From Narcine bancroftii (Eukaryota), in NCBI RefSeq assembly GCF_036971445.1, contig NC_091482.1, positions 55,986,001 through 56,050,000 of the forward strand: a stretch of DNA of 64,000 bases. The letters are read 5' to 3'. Below are positions 52,987 through 64,000 of this stretch, piece by piece. Each line of letters starts with the position of its first letter. The first letter of the stretch is position 1. Position numbers and translations under genes: made by a program. Under the pieces are notes generated by a model. The model was given only the letters and a program-made list of their open reading frames with translations. It was not told the DNA's origin and ran no database searches.

Positions 52987-53380
52987 CTGAAAATTAAATT
53001 TAGAACAGAACAGCAAACAAACAGACTTACAAGACCACAAAGTTTACTCCAAATATGGTGCCTCATTAAAATAAGTCTCTTCTGTCTGTACACGAGCCAT
53101 ATCCATCCATTCCTTGCATATTTGTGAGTCGATGTGGAATCTCCCCAAATACTACTATTGCAACTGCTTCCACCAATACCCCTGGGAATGCATTTCAGGC
53201 ACCTACTGCTCTCTAGATAAAAAGAATTTGCCCTGGATGTCACCTTTAAACTTGCCCTTTCTCATCTTAAATGCATGCCCTCAAGTATTTGGCTTTTTTT
53301 AACCTTGAGATAAGTGCTCTTGCCAGGAACCAACTTCTGAAAGGAAGTCACCTGATCCTATTTAACAATCAGGTATTGTT

Positions 53381-54115
53381 ACTCGCCAAGGCAAATAGCG
53401 CCTTTGGAAGACTACACAAAAGAGTCTGGAAAAACAACCAACTGAAAAACCTCACAAAGATAAGCGTATACAGTGCCGTTGTCATACCCACACTCATGTT
53501 CGGCTCCAAATCATGGGTCCTCTACCGGCATCACCTACAGCTCCTAGAACGCTTCCACCAGCGTTGTCTCCGCTCCATCCTCAACATTCATTGGAGCGCT
53601 TTCATCCCTAACGTCGAAGTACTCGAGATGGCAGAGGTCGACAGCATCAAGTCCACGCTGCTGAAGATCCAGCTGCGCTGGGTGGGTCACGTCTCCAGAA
53701 TGGAGGACCATCGCCTTCCCAAGATCGTGTTATATGGCGAGCTCTCCACTGGCCACCGTGACAGAGGTGCACCAAAGAAAAGGTACAAGGACTGCCTAAA
53801 GAAATCTCTTGGTGCCTGCCCCATTGACCACCGCCAGTGGGCTGATCTCGCCTCAAACCATGCATCTTGGTGCCTCACAGTTTGGCGGGCAGCAACCTCC
53901 TTTGAAGAAGACCGCAGAGCCCACCTCACTGACAAAAGGCAAAGGAGGAAAAACCCAACACCCAACCCCAACCAACCAATTTTCCCCTGCAACCGCTGCA
54001 ACCGTGTCTGCATGTCCCGCATCGGACTTGTCAGCCACAAACGAGCCTGCAGCTGACGTGGACATTTACCCCCTCCATAAATCTTCGTCCGCGAAGCCAA
54101 GCCAAAGAAGAAAGA
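53381..54115 (+). mobile_element. RTE-clade LINE, 5'-truncated, with uninterrupted C-terminal reading frame
   Basis: LAKANSAFGRLHKRVW...QLRWVGHVSRMEDHRLPKIVLYGEL...CNRCNRVCMSRIGLVSHKRAC, stop at 54056; short 3'UTR ending GCCAAGCCAAAGAAG. Confidence 0.93.
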
Positions 54116-54116
54116 G

Positions 54117-54500
54117 GTCCACTCTATTTGCTGCCAGCAATGTGAATCCCTCCATATCTATGAAACCACAGCTAGACTTAGCAACGATTTTGCAGAGCAC
54201 CTGCTGCAATGGTCATCTTGAACTTCCAATTGTATGTCATTTCAACTCTCCTTCCTATACCCACATAGATCACCTCTGCTGGCATGGAGGCAAAATGCAA
54301 ACGAAAAGACCAATATTTTGCATTCTATTTGGGTAGCCTGCAAGCTAATGGTATGAATAGTTTATTTTCCAAAATTAAACAAGTCTGCAGATGCTGGAAA
54401 GCCACACAAAAGAAAAAATGCTGGAGAAACTCAGCAGGCCATGCAGCATCCATAGAAAGCAATAAGCAGCTTAGGTTTCAGGCACGAGCCCTTCATCAGG
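54117..54500. mobile_element. Penelope-like GIY-YIG remnant (+) followed by inverted terminal repeat (-)
   Basis: HSICCQQCESLHIYET..RL...FAEHL..LPIVCHFNSPS..YLGSLQANGMN; 54380-54500 is the terminal repeat in the opposite orientation. Confidence 0.75.
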
Positions 54501-56046
54501 CATTTCACATGGCAATCATTTTCAGGAAATTAACCCAAGTCTACCCAGCTGTCATTCAATTTTGTGTTTGTCTCTTCACCAAAAAGCCATCTGTTAAAAG
54601 TTAAAAACTGCCTCTTGGTTTTATCACTCCAAAAATAGTATATTCCCCATCAAGTTCAAGGGTTCAAACATTGTTCTATCCACTGCTCCACACAACTCAG
54701 TTTTCTGTGCTCCACTTTTATCCCCATCACGTCCTGAGAAAAGTCAGAGCTGCTCCAGATTATTAATGCTAGTGCAAGATGTTGCGACTTCCGACCCTCC
54801 TCAATGAGATCATTACTCATGATGGTTTGGAACCACTCATGGAGCAGATCATCAAATGGAGGTGCACAGACTCAAAGAGACACACAACCCCCCCCCCCCC
54901 TCCATGTTCCCCCACTTCTATGACAACCTTGTATGCTACAGTGTTTTGATATGCATGAGGAATATTCTTCCAGATGGTTCACCTCTGACAGCCAAGAACC
55001 CTGCAAGGAGCTGCCAACCGAAATTCCAAGGTAATATTTTTGGGGCACAATGTTAGATGTGTTTTTCATCAATTTCCACCATTTTTACTCCAGTAAGATT
55101 GAGGGTCACATGCAGCACCCACTAAAAAATAATTTGGGCAAAAATAACCAAGAAACACTAACAAACACCAAAATGAAGGGAATTGCTGTTTCAGTCCAAG
55201 ATCTACCAGGTACAAGACTAATGCCCATAATTCCCAACGTAATTGCTGAGAAGCATCTACCATTCATTTCTCACCATTACCGTTACTCTCCAGGATAACT
55301 CCAAAGCCAAAACACAAATATGATAGCAACCAGAATTTGGGGACTTCCACATTATTGTGAGTGGCCTGGACAGTCAATCTGGCCTTCATTGTCTACCTCA
55401 CATTTATTTTTATTCATACAATATGATTTTTTTCAATAATGCCTCTCATATGAATCCTATTCTCTGGTTGCCTATATATGTACCTTCTTTGCAACGGTGC
55501 TAATTTGTATTGGAATTTTATACTTTAGTCATTCTTCAAATTAAATTTGAATGCCAAAAAATCAAAATTAACAAAGCATTCTCATGCATCATTTTAAATG
55601 GAACGTTGATTGTGATGTCACAATAAAAAATATTTTAATGATAATCCAAGACTGGGTAAACTTTAAAAATGCAGACAATGCATTTAATTAATAAATACAA
55701 GAATCTATAGTATTAAGACAAATTTAAGTGATAACTAATCAGATTTATGTTCATTAACTCATTTACTCAGTTACAATGTTAAGCTTACCAACCATGATTA
55801 AAAAGCATGCAGAAAACTAAGACAACACTGAAAACATTGCAAGTTACAAATTGCAGGATTAACAAGATATCAACATTGAAAAATAGTATCGCAATACAAT
55901 TCAGAGAAGATTTCAATGACAAAAACTAGTTCAAATTTATCATCTGATTGCACAAGTTCAACCTGATGAAACAGCATTCTCCAGTCCTCATGCAGACACA
56001 CAAGACATAACACATACATAAAAACATTACATACACAGGACAAGTA

Positions 56047-56976
56047 CATAAAGTCCCTGGTATCTGGAATTCAAGCAACTGGCAGTCTTAAGCAATCAGC
56101 AAAAAGAAAATAAAAAAAATAATTTATACAAACAGCACAGTAACAGGCCATTTCGGTCCAGGAGTCCATGCCACCCAATTAACCTACACTCCTAGAACAT
56201 TTTGAACAGTGGGAGAAAACCCATGCAAACACGGGGAGAAAGAACAAACTCCTTAACAGGGTGGGATTCGAACCCTAGTCCCGATCGCTGGCGCTGTAAA
56301 GGCATTGCACTTACCACAACACCAACCATGCCACCTCTTAAAAATTTAATTTTAAATTTAAAAATTAAAATAAATAAAATAATAGATAAAAAAAACGCAA
56401 GTTTAAAATTGTAAAAGTAAATGTTCTCTCAAGTAACACAAATTTAGTGAAGATGGGTACAAATATTCAGCTAGCGGAGTGCCTTGATCGTGCTTTGCTC
56501 ATAGCAACAGTTTGAATAAAGTTGTGTGAAATAGCAATGGTGTTACCCAGGATGAAGCACTGGTTGATACTCCACGCTGTTGGGGTGATTCACTTAAAGC
56601 GTCTCCTTATCCCTGCTTAGTAAGTTGTCCTGCTCAGAGATTTTATCTGTAAACTGGTTGGGGGGGCGGGGGGCAGAAATTATCTATAATGTTATTGTTC
56701 ATCTTTCTGTGGAGGGGAGGAAACCTGCAGTTACAGCGATAGTTAAATGTTTTCAAAAAATGTAACTGAAAATAAAATAAAATGCTTTAAAGTTTGTGTA
56801 TTTCTGCAAGTGGAGTTTGATCACTGCAACTACAGTGTAGAATGTTTGTCTTTTAAACTGTTTATTCCTACTGCAGATGTATTAGTTCAGCATTGTTAAG
56901 TGCAAGTCTCAAGCAACCAGAAAATACCGATCCAGCATCTACCAATCCCCAGAGGTGCCAGGTACCAAGTTTATTG
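56047..56976 (+). mobile_element. Tigger-like MITE with nested V-SINE (56125-56333, minus)
   Basis: TA flanks; degenerate TIRs; internal sequence homologous to the inverted copy at 61016-61899. Confidence 0.7.
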
Positions 56977-57361
56977 TATGCAAAAGTAAATAAATATCTA
57001 TATATACATGACTATCTCAATCTACATTCCCCCCCCCCACACCAAATCAAGCCAAGTTAAACATAAAAATTAATTTCATAATTTTAATAAACCCCCCCCC
57101 CCCCCGGTCCTTAAATAATGAAGCAGTTATAATTCTCACTACAATATGTGAACTCAAGCACAGAACATGGTTGAAGTAGGCCATGTATTGATTTTGGATA
57201 TTCAAGTCCACAATCATTACAGTCACAGATGCAACTTCCAGAGAAGAGGAACTCTAAAGCTTCCCAGGAGATCTCAAAATTCTTGAAACATTTTTAACCA
57301 TGCTGCCATTTACAACAAGGTAATCAGAGCAAAGTAATGGAATCTGCACATTGAAGCTTAC

Positions 57362-57412
57362 CCATAATTCATTAGCTGTTTCTAGCATGAGGATACATCT
57401 TTTCAATTTACT
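57362..57412 (-). pseudogene. Candidate exon
   Basis: gatttttag|SKLKRCILMLETANELW|gtaagc; 51 nt; open phase 0/0. Confidence 0.45.
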
Positions 57413-58080
57413 CTAAAAATCACTATCTGAAGGGCATGTATTATCTTTTCTTCTAGATTCCAATTGTGAAACTGAGTTCATCTTTCAATAAAGTAAAATC
57501 GTTCATTTATTGTGTCTCACGTTTCCATTCTATTCCTAATGCTAATTAAGTATTACCTGAAATGTGTGGGAAAGCTCATTACCCTCATTTTCTGAGATGA
57601 AAAGTATAACTATCACTTATATTACTCCCAGGGACCCACACATAAAAATACATTTCATCAGTTGCTAATAGGTTAAAATGGTGACCAAATTATTAAATGT
57701 GGTTTGCATGAAAATTTGCAAAAAAAATTAAACAACATAAATTGCACAGATAGCACAATTTTGCTTTCAAGTGGAATGGATAGTTAAATTGATAATGTTT
57801 TGTTAACAAATTATCCATAATTACATGTTTTATATGCTGTAAAGTATCCATTTAACTGAAGCAATGCATAATTTATTGTTACACTACTGCCAAATTTTCA
57901 TTATTATGTCATGTCTGATTATTCAAACAACTGTTTAATCATCTGTGAATTTTGGGAGCTAAAACTATCAAATGATGAATTAGTGGTTCCCAAGCAGAAA
58001 AAGTAGGTCTTCTTAAACAAAAATAAAGCAATTTCAAGTAAGGTTATGGGAGCGAGGTGGTCCGTCTCCAAATCACCTAC

Positions 58081-58129
58081 CTGTGTGACATGCAGAGCTC
58101 AGTGACAGACACATTAAAACACCATTAAA
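58081..58129 (-). pseudogene. Candidate exon
   Basis: tgttttctatttcacag|...CACAG|gtaggt; 49 nt; strong splice signals. Confidence 0.4.
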
Positions 58130-59724
58130 CTGTGAAATAGAAAACAGCTTGAGAGTACGTTCAACCTTCACAGCTTATTGATTTTTCTTTCCTTGCTTGA
58201 TTTCTTGGACAACTGTTTTATAATAGGTTTTACTTATTTTCCTGTTGCTTTCCAACTTCATCAGAAGCTGCTATTATTTCTAAGAGCTATTGACAGTCTG
58301 AGCAAGCTGTTTCTTCATGATCATTCAGGTTCAGAATGTTTTGCCAGTTGATTCGGTAAACAGGAACCCATTTCCTGAAACCACAGAATTACTTCTAGTG
58401 TCAGTCACAATACAGCTGCAAACCTTCGGTTCGGAAACACTCAACTCCATAAAGAACCACAATGATATTGAATCCCAAGCATACAACAGGATACATTTTT
58501 AACATTATGCTTTTGCCAGGCTCAGCAAAACATGTTATAGCAACAGTTGACACTTGTGAGATTAGATATCTTTGATCCAAAGTTTTTTTTTTAATATAAA
58601 AACATTTCCCTTGCAATTTCACCTCATTCTTTCAAGCATTGTTTCTGATAAGTTCAAAAATCTACACAGTACATGGACAATACACACATGCACAATGATA
58701 TAGTAGTCCTTTTAAAAAGTCCCCATTTTCACTCCAGTTTTATAGTTCTAAGGTGATGATGAGGTCAACTGCGAACTGCAGTCTCTTTCTAAACACCTAC
58801 TTTTGATATTCAAGAACAGTACAATTGAAAAATCCCACACCATCAGCCAGAATACAAATGCCATTGCAAACAGAGAAAGACATACTAGGCATCCTGTGGC
58901 AAGTGAGATCAAAAAGCCTGTCCTCCATCTACATGACACCAGAGAGTAAGAATAGTTTCCACCTACCCAGACGAGTGCAGTCATAATCTTCAAGAAACTT
59001 TCCACCTTCCAGGACAAAGCAGGATGCTTGTTGGTTCCACTAGCCATCTAAAAGTTAACTGGGATGGCACGGTTGCCGATCTATTAGGGCTTCTACCCCT
59101 CAGTGCTGAGATCAAAATGCAATCCATTCTTGGTGTGGAGTTTACACACTCTCCATATGGGTTCCCTCCACGTCCCAGAGATAGCTTAAATGGCAATCAT
59201 AAATTGCCCCTCATAAACAGGTCAGTGGAAGAATCAAGGCATGCTAGTGAAAATGATGAGAATAACATGGGATGCATGTTATAAGAGTTCATGTAGAGTT
59301 GCAGGTATAAATAGGCGGGGCTGATGTGCTTTTCCTGTGCTTACTTCTCTGTGCCTTCCCATAACTCTATTCCCTCCACAGAGAGTTCTGTAATACTCAC
59401 TTATACTACTCCAACATCATGTCAAATTTGTGACCTCTTGCGCAAAAGGCAACAGATAAATAGAAACAACACAACCAGCAAGTCCCCTCCAAACTGCATG
59501 CAATCCTAATACGGAAATATCAGCTTCCCTTTATCATTACGTTTACTCCACAAACTTCTTCCCCAACAGCACAGTGAAATCATCCTGACAAGAAAGAATG
59601 CAAGAACTCAAGGCTCACTACCACTCTCTTAAAAGGCAATTAGGAATATGCAATAAATATTGGTCTTGGAGAGAAAATATACATTTTATTTAAATAAAAG
59701 TGACATTTGAGGACACTAGCCTGA

Positions 59725-59880
59725 GGAAAGAACATTTGATAGAATACCAGGAAAATTCCCTGCACAGATTCAAATGTTAGGATATGAACTGCACCATCCA
59801 ACTAAACTGCCAGATGGGGACATCACTAAAACTGCATCTAAAAGAACAGCTCCTGAACAACATGCATTTATATGTCATAA
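59725..59880 (-). mobile_element. Possible ancient Deu-domain SINE (SacSINE1/AmnSINE1-like) remnant
   Basis: Loose resemblance only (CCCTGC...GGGAT...CAGATGGGG...TAA...CATCTAAAAGA). Confidence 0.3.
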
Positions 59881-60578
59881 GTATCACAACTCCTGAAATT
59901 GATTTTTCGTGAACTACAAGAGATGCAAAGTGCAGCACTTCAAGGAGAAGGCAAATCAGAGAAAAGTCAAGTAACAGGGAATCATAGCCACATTGCTAAG
60001 ACAGGTGTATAAGTTGTGGTCATTACAAATTATCATATGTAAGCTGCTTCCACCAAACCCATTTTGTAACTGCAATTAGTCACAAGGCCTTTAAGAGCCA
60101 GAGCCGAGCTCTTCACAATATTAGATTTGTTGCAACGTGTACGTTCCATTATAATGGAATTAAAAATGTCAACATTTTCTCACTTTCAACAAAGTTCTGA
60201 CTCCAGTGGAAAAATTCTTCTCATCAACAATTATATCACTTATGTAATGCAGCACAACCTTATCATTGCACTTCCATCAAAAAAGACCATTTTTGCATTG
60301 TCAAAATAGTTTTATTTTTAATCAGTACATTATAAATAACATGACAATTAACAAAGAGATGTTTAGTCAGATCATTTTGGATTGAAATTGAAGAGCAGGA
60401 GTTTGCACTCTGTCCAGAACAAAGGTGAGGCAATCATAAATATGATGAGAAAATGTGCCAAAGACCAAACATGTTTCAGGTATAATTTAGTATCACTTAT
60501 GGCCCCACAAGTTTAAAAAGGATACCAATATATGGCTACCATAAAAGTTTAAAAGGTGTGGTGGAAATGTACGCTCAC

Positions 60579-60718
60579 CAGGGTCCCATTCCCATTATCC
60601 TTATGAAGATATTTAGACTCAGTAGATCAGGGAGATAAAGTCTGGTGATTTATGTGAATTACTATCCAGATTTCTGAAAAATTAGCAGATTGTCCAAGGT
60701 TTTTTGGTCCTTCATCAG
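60579..60718 (-). pseudogene. Candidate exon with stops
   Basis: actgttttacag|...ACCCTG|gtgagc; 140 nt. Best frame DEGPKNLGQSANFSEIWIVIHINHQTLSP*STESKYLHKDNGNGTL; no fully open frame. Confidence 0.45.
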
Positions 60719-61015
60719 CTGTAAAACAGTAATAAATGCATCACTGCCTAATACAATGTAGGATTGGTGAAAAAGTACTCTAAATATGGGTATTATATGG
60801 TCTGTTACTTAGTTCAAAGATGAGCAACATATGTTAAATAACACACCATTGCAATCAAGTAGCAAAGTAATCAAAAAAACTCATCTAGAAATTCAGAGGC
60901 CTAAAAATACCAAAGGTACAAGGAAATTTGTTCAAATCTCATCATGCAATATCAGTATTTAAATTCAGTTGATTGAGTAAATCTGGATTAAGAACTGGCA
61001 TTAATACTCCTAATA

Positions 61016-61899
61016 CAGTAAAATCCCCAGTATTGCAGAAGCTGGATATGAAAATTTTCCGATTTCCTGAGACATTTTAAATGCCTAATACACCTTCATT
61101 AAGAATAAACAGTTTAAAAGACAGTGCAAAATATAAAGTTTTTTTTTTTTAAAGTCAATGTTGTATTCCTTAATTATTTAAAGTTCACTTTAATCAGGTA
61201 ATTCCCGTAATTTACATTTAAATTTGAACGCCAATCGCTGGCGCTGTAACAACATTGCACTCACTGCTAAGCTAACCATGCCATCTTTATAATTAACCCT
61301 CCCCCAAGTTCACAGATAAAGCCCTACTAATATATTTGATACTAATAAAGCCTCTTACTAGGCAGGGATAGGGAGACACTGAGTCGCCCCAGTGGCGAGA
61401 GGCCTTGGCCAGCTCTTCATCCTGGGTGCCGTAATTTTATTCAAACAACTTTATTCAAACTTCTTTCAAACAGCTGCTGAGGGCACGACCAGGGCACTCC
61501 ACTGGCTAAATCTTTGCTCCCATGTTCACCAAGGAGTGGGGTGTTGCTTCAAGAACCATTAACTTTTACTATTTTAAACTTTTATTTAAATTTAAACAAT
61601 TCAGCACGTCAACAGGCCATTTTGGCCCACAAGTTCCTGCTGCCCAATTAACCTCCACCCCGGGGTAGGTTTCGAACAGAGGGAGGAAAGCAGAACCTCT
61701 GGGGAAAACCCACATAGACAAGGGGAGAACATAGCAACTCCTTAAAGGCACCTCAAACCCTGGTCCCAATCACTGGTGCAATAAAGGCCCTGCGCTAACT
61801 TCTACACCAACCATATTCATTCTTATTTATTTATCAATTTTTTTTGTTGACTGCTTGGGTTGCTGGTTGCTTGAATTATGGATTCCAGAGATTTTACTG
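61016..61899 (-). mobile_element. Tigger-like MITE with nested V-SINE (61590-61813, minus)
   Basis: TA|CAGTAAAATCCCCAG ... CCAGAGATTTTACTG|TA: TIRs with TA TSD. Confidence 0.8.
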
Positions 61900-62082
61900 T
61901 ATAACTCTATGACTATCGTTCATCTAAAAATACATCCACTTATCCCTCTAGACCTACAGCAATGAGGATGACTCTTAACTGCCTTTTGTAGTCAAGTCAT
62001 TGGGTTAAGGGGCAATTAAGGATAAGTGCTTGGTTTGCCAGTGATGCCAACATTTTGTAAAAATGGCACATTTCTGCTCCAC

Positions 62083-62187
62083 CTGGCAAAAAAGGTGTCA
62101 TCAGAGAGTCTCTGGAGGAGGAAGGTCAGAAGGAACAAGGTTCCACTGAAAGGTTTGGGAACAATCTGAAGAGTCATGAATTTTTCA
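62083..62187 (-). pseudogene. Candidate exon
   Basis: atttgttttcctttag|...CAG|gtggag; 105 nt. In phase 0 (matching the upstream exon) it reads *KIHDSSDCSQTFQWNLVPSDLPPPETL**HLFCQ; another frame is open. Confidence 0.4.
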
Positions 62188-62819
62188 CTAAAGGAAAACA
62201 AATAGACTTACAAACGAGGCCACGTTATTAATGTGTTGAATGGCTTCTGTGCCAGCTACCAGCAATAACTTCACTTAGAAGCACAATTCTTGAAGCTCTT
62301 TTTCCGTACCACAAGTTAAAACTTATTACCTAGATGGTGTAACTACACTCAGAGCACCAATATCAATGTTATTACAAGCTTCTACTGCACATTCCAGCCT
62401 GAAATCATTTCACTAGCGCAGAGAAGACTGCCCTCTCAACTTTATTTTGCTGGTTCAGTTTACCAGAGAATGAAGAAACGTTCAGGTGCTATTCTACAGG
62501 TAATCAGTCAGATATTAATGAGATGTTATGCCATATTACAATGTGGGACGTACACATCTGAAAGGATTCAGGGGTCCTGCTTTCTCAAGCACCAACATCT
62601 GCAACCATTGCTTTTACATGGTTCTGCCCTAACATGAACATCAAGAAACATGCAAGCAATAGGTGGCTGCCGAATTATCAATAATTATATTAAGGCTGCC
62701 ATCAATGGGCTACATTGATATCTCAGGGGTTAACAGGTGGACCCTCATGTTTGAAATTATCCCATCATGGATATGCCTTTACTGAGCTCCTCCATCAATG
62801 ATTGAAGCAATATTGCTCT

Positions 62820-63383
62820 TGTGACAGATCCTAGTTTGAAGTCATCTTACCTTGGGTGTGATATGCTTTTAGAAGATAAATTGTGGGGTTTTTAGTTGGG
62901 CCACACACAAACATTTCAAAACAGATCTCATTTAAGATGCTGGAGCTCTGCTCAAGCCAGACAGCCCAGGCTCCGAGTTCCTTTGCAAAAGCTTTGAAGA
63001 ATGCCTATGAGGACTTCACAAGTAGGTCTTAATTGGACATGCCATGCAGTAACGGATTATTGTTTTGGAAAGCAACAGATGAACCAAAAAATTGGATCCT
63101 GTGCCACAGTCTGAGTGCAGTTTGTTGTTCTAAGAGGATCATGTGGTTGAGGGAGAGGGAGGACTGTGAATCAAAGAACTTTTTTTGAATTTGTATACAC
63201 ATTACATACACATGCACTTAGAATCAGAAGTGGGTTGAGTCATGTTAAGTTAATAGTAATAAGTTAAAAGCTGATCCTGTTTTCATATTTAAAGATAATT
63301 AAAAGCAACTTTTGTTGAAGTACCCATTTGTCTTGGTGAATTTCTACTGCTGCTGGGTTCTGGGGTCCTCTGGGCTCATAACA
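62820..63383 (+). mobile_element. Solo LTR carrying a 34-bp templated insertion near its 5' end
   Basis: TGTGACAGA...CTCATAACA ends; flanks CTCT/CTTT; ATTAAA about 85 nt before the end. The left boundary could alternatively be 62857. Confidence 0.65.
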
Positions 63384-63495
63384 CTTTTTAAAATTAACAT
63401 AATCACATCCCAAAATGAGGAAAGATTCTTAAAGGGATGAATAAATGATGTTTGCAGATATGTATGAAAGACATCCTAGTTTGAAGTCATCTTAC

Positions 63496-63547
63496 CTTGG
63501 GTGTGAAGATATGAATGTAGTTATTCAATCCCAATGCTGGCTTGATC
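63496..63547 (-). pseudogene. Candidate exon (most 5' in this window)
   Basis: ttctaattttacag|G IKPALGLNNYIHIFTPK|gtaaga; 52 nt; branch-point-like CTAAT; only one open frame. Confidence 0.5.
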
Positions 63548-64000
63548 CTGTAAAATTAGAACATTGTGATTTTAAAAGAAAATCAATTTGAATATCATTC
63601 TAATTTAATGGTAAAATTTCCAATACCATTCCAGTTTCATCTCTAAAATACAACATCTTTAATAAAACCTTCTAAAACCTTGAGTTTGCCTTTAACAATC
63701 GAAGTAAATAAATCATGGAAACTTGACTGAGGTCTACCATGCGCACAATTCACGTAATCGGGGTTTATTGATGGGACAGTTAATGATAAGGCCTTGGACA
63801 ATTGGGCCACAAGTGGAATAATACTCAGCCTCTTTCTCCAACAGCCTATGCGAAGAGGTCAAGCAGAGGCAGGGATTATTTTAAAAACCATTGAGACATT
63901 TTAAAGCTAAACTTGCTGTAAACTGTGGAAGTAAATCAGCAGTGATTTAAAACACAATAAGCTGTAAAACATTAAAATAAAATAAATTATAAAATTTAAC

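Noticed and set aside
53271-54056. 261-aa ORF as a host gene
   Set aside because: The first about 37 aa come from flanking DNA and the rest is the C-terminus of a truncated RTE ORF.
7701-62187. Selenoprotein or readthrough explanation for the many in-frame TGAs in candidate exons
   Set aside because: TAA/TAG stops, a broken donor and an L1 interruption also occur, and I saw no SECIS. CpG decay or background TpG excess is simpler.

Overview
AT-rich vertebrate genomic DNA. The repeat content (V-SINE/HE1-like SINEs, CR1, Rex1/Babar, Penelope-like elements, RTE, fish-type L1) suggests a cartilaginous fish, probably a ray; that is an inference. I find no intact host protein-coding gene, tRNA, rRNA gene or CRISPR array. 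Most long ORFs in the track are transposon remnants or artefacts of a minisatellite. Supported elements: a full-length decayed L1 (29804-35724), the 5' half of a second L1 family (145-1557), a two-LTR Gypsy element with CsRn1-clade hallmarks (40021-44270), three solo LTRs, four young RTE 3' ends, many CR1/Rex1/Penelope fragments, hAT and Tigger-like MITEs with target-site duplications (TSDs), a 5S-rRNA-derived SINE, and a 17-bp minisatellite. The main unexplained signal is a set of about a dozen minus-strand exon-like segments in the unique islands (3640-63547). They have good splice signals and partly compatible phases, but carry premature stops and one broken donor. This suggests a large decayed multi-exon gene (unitary pseudogene), one exon of which appears split by the full-length L1. 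I could not identify the protein. I see no evidence for a wholly new biological system beyond these leads.
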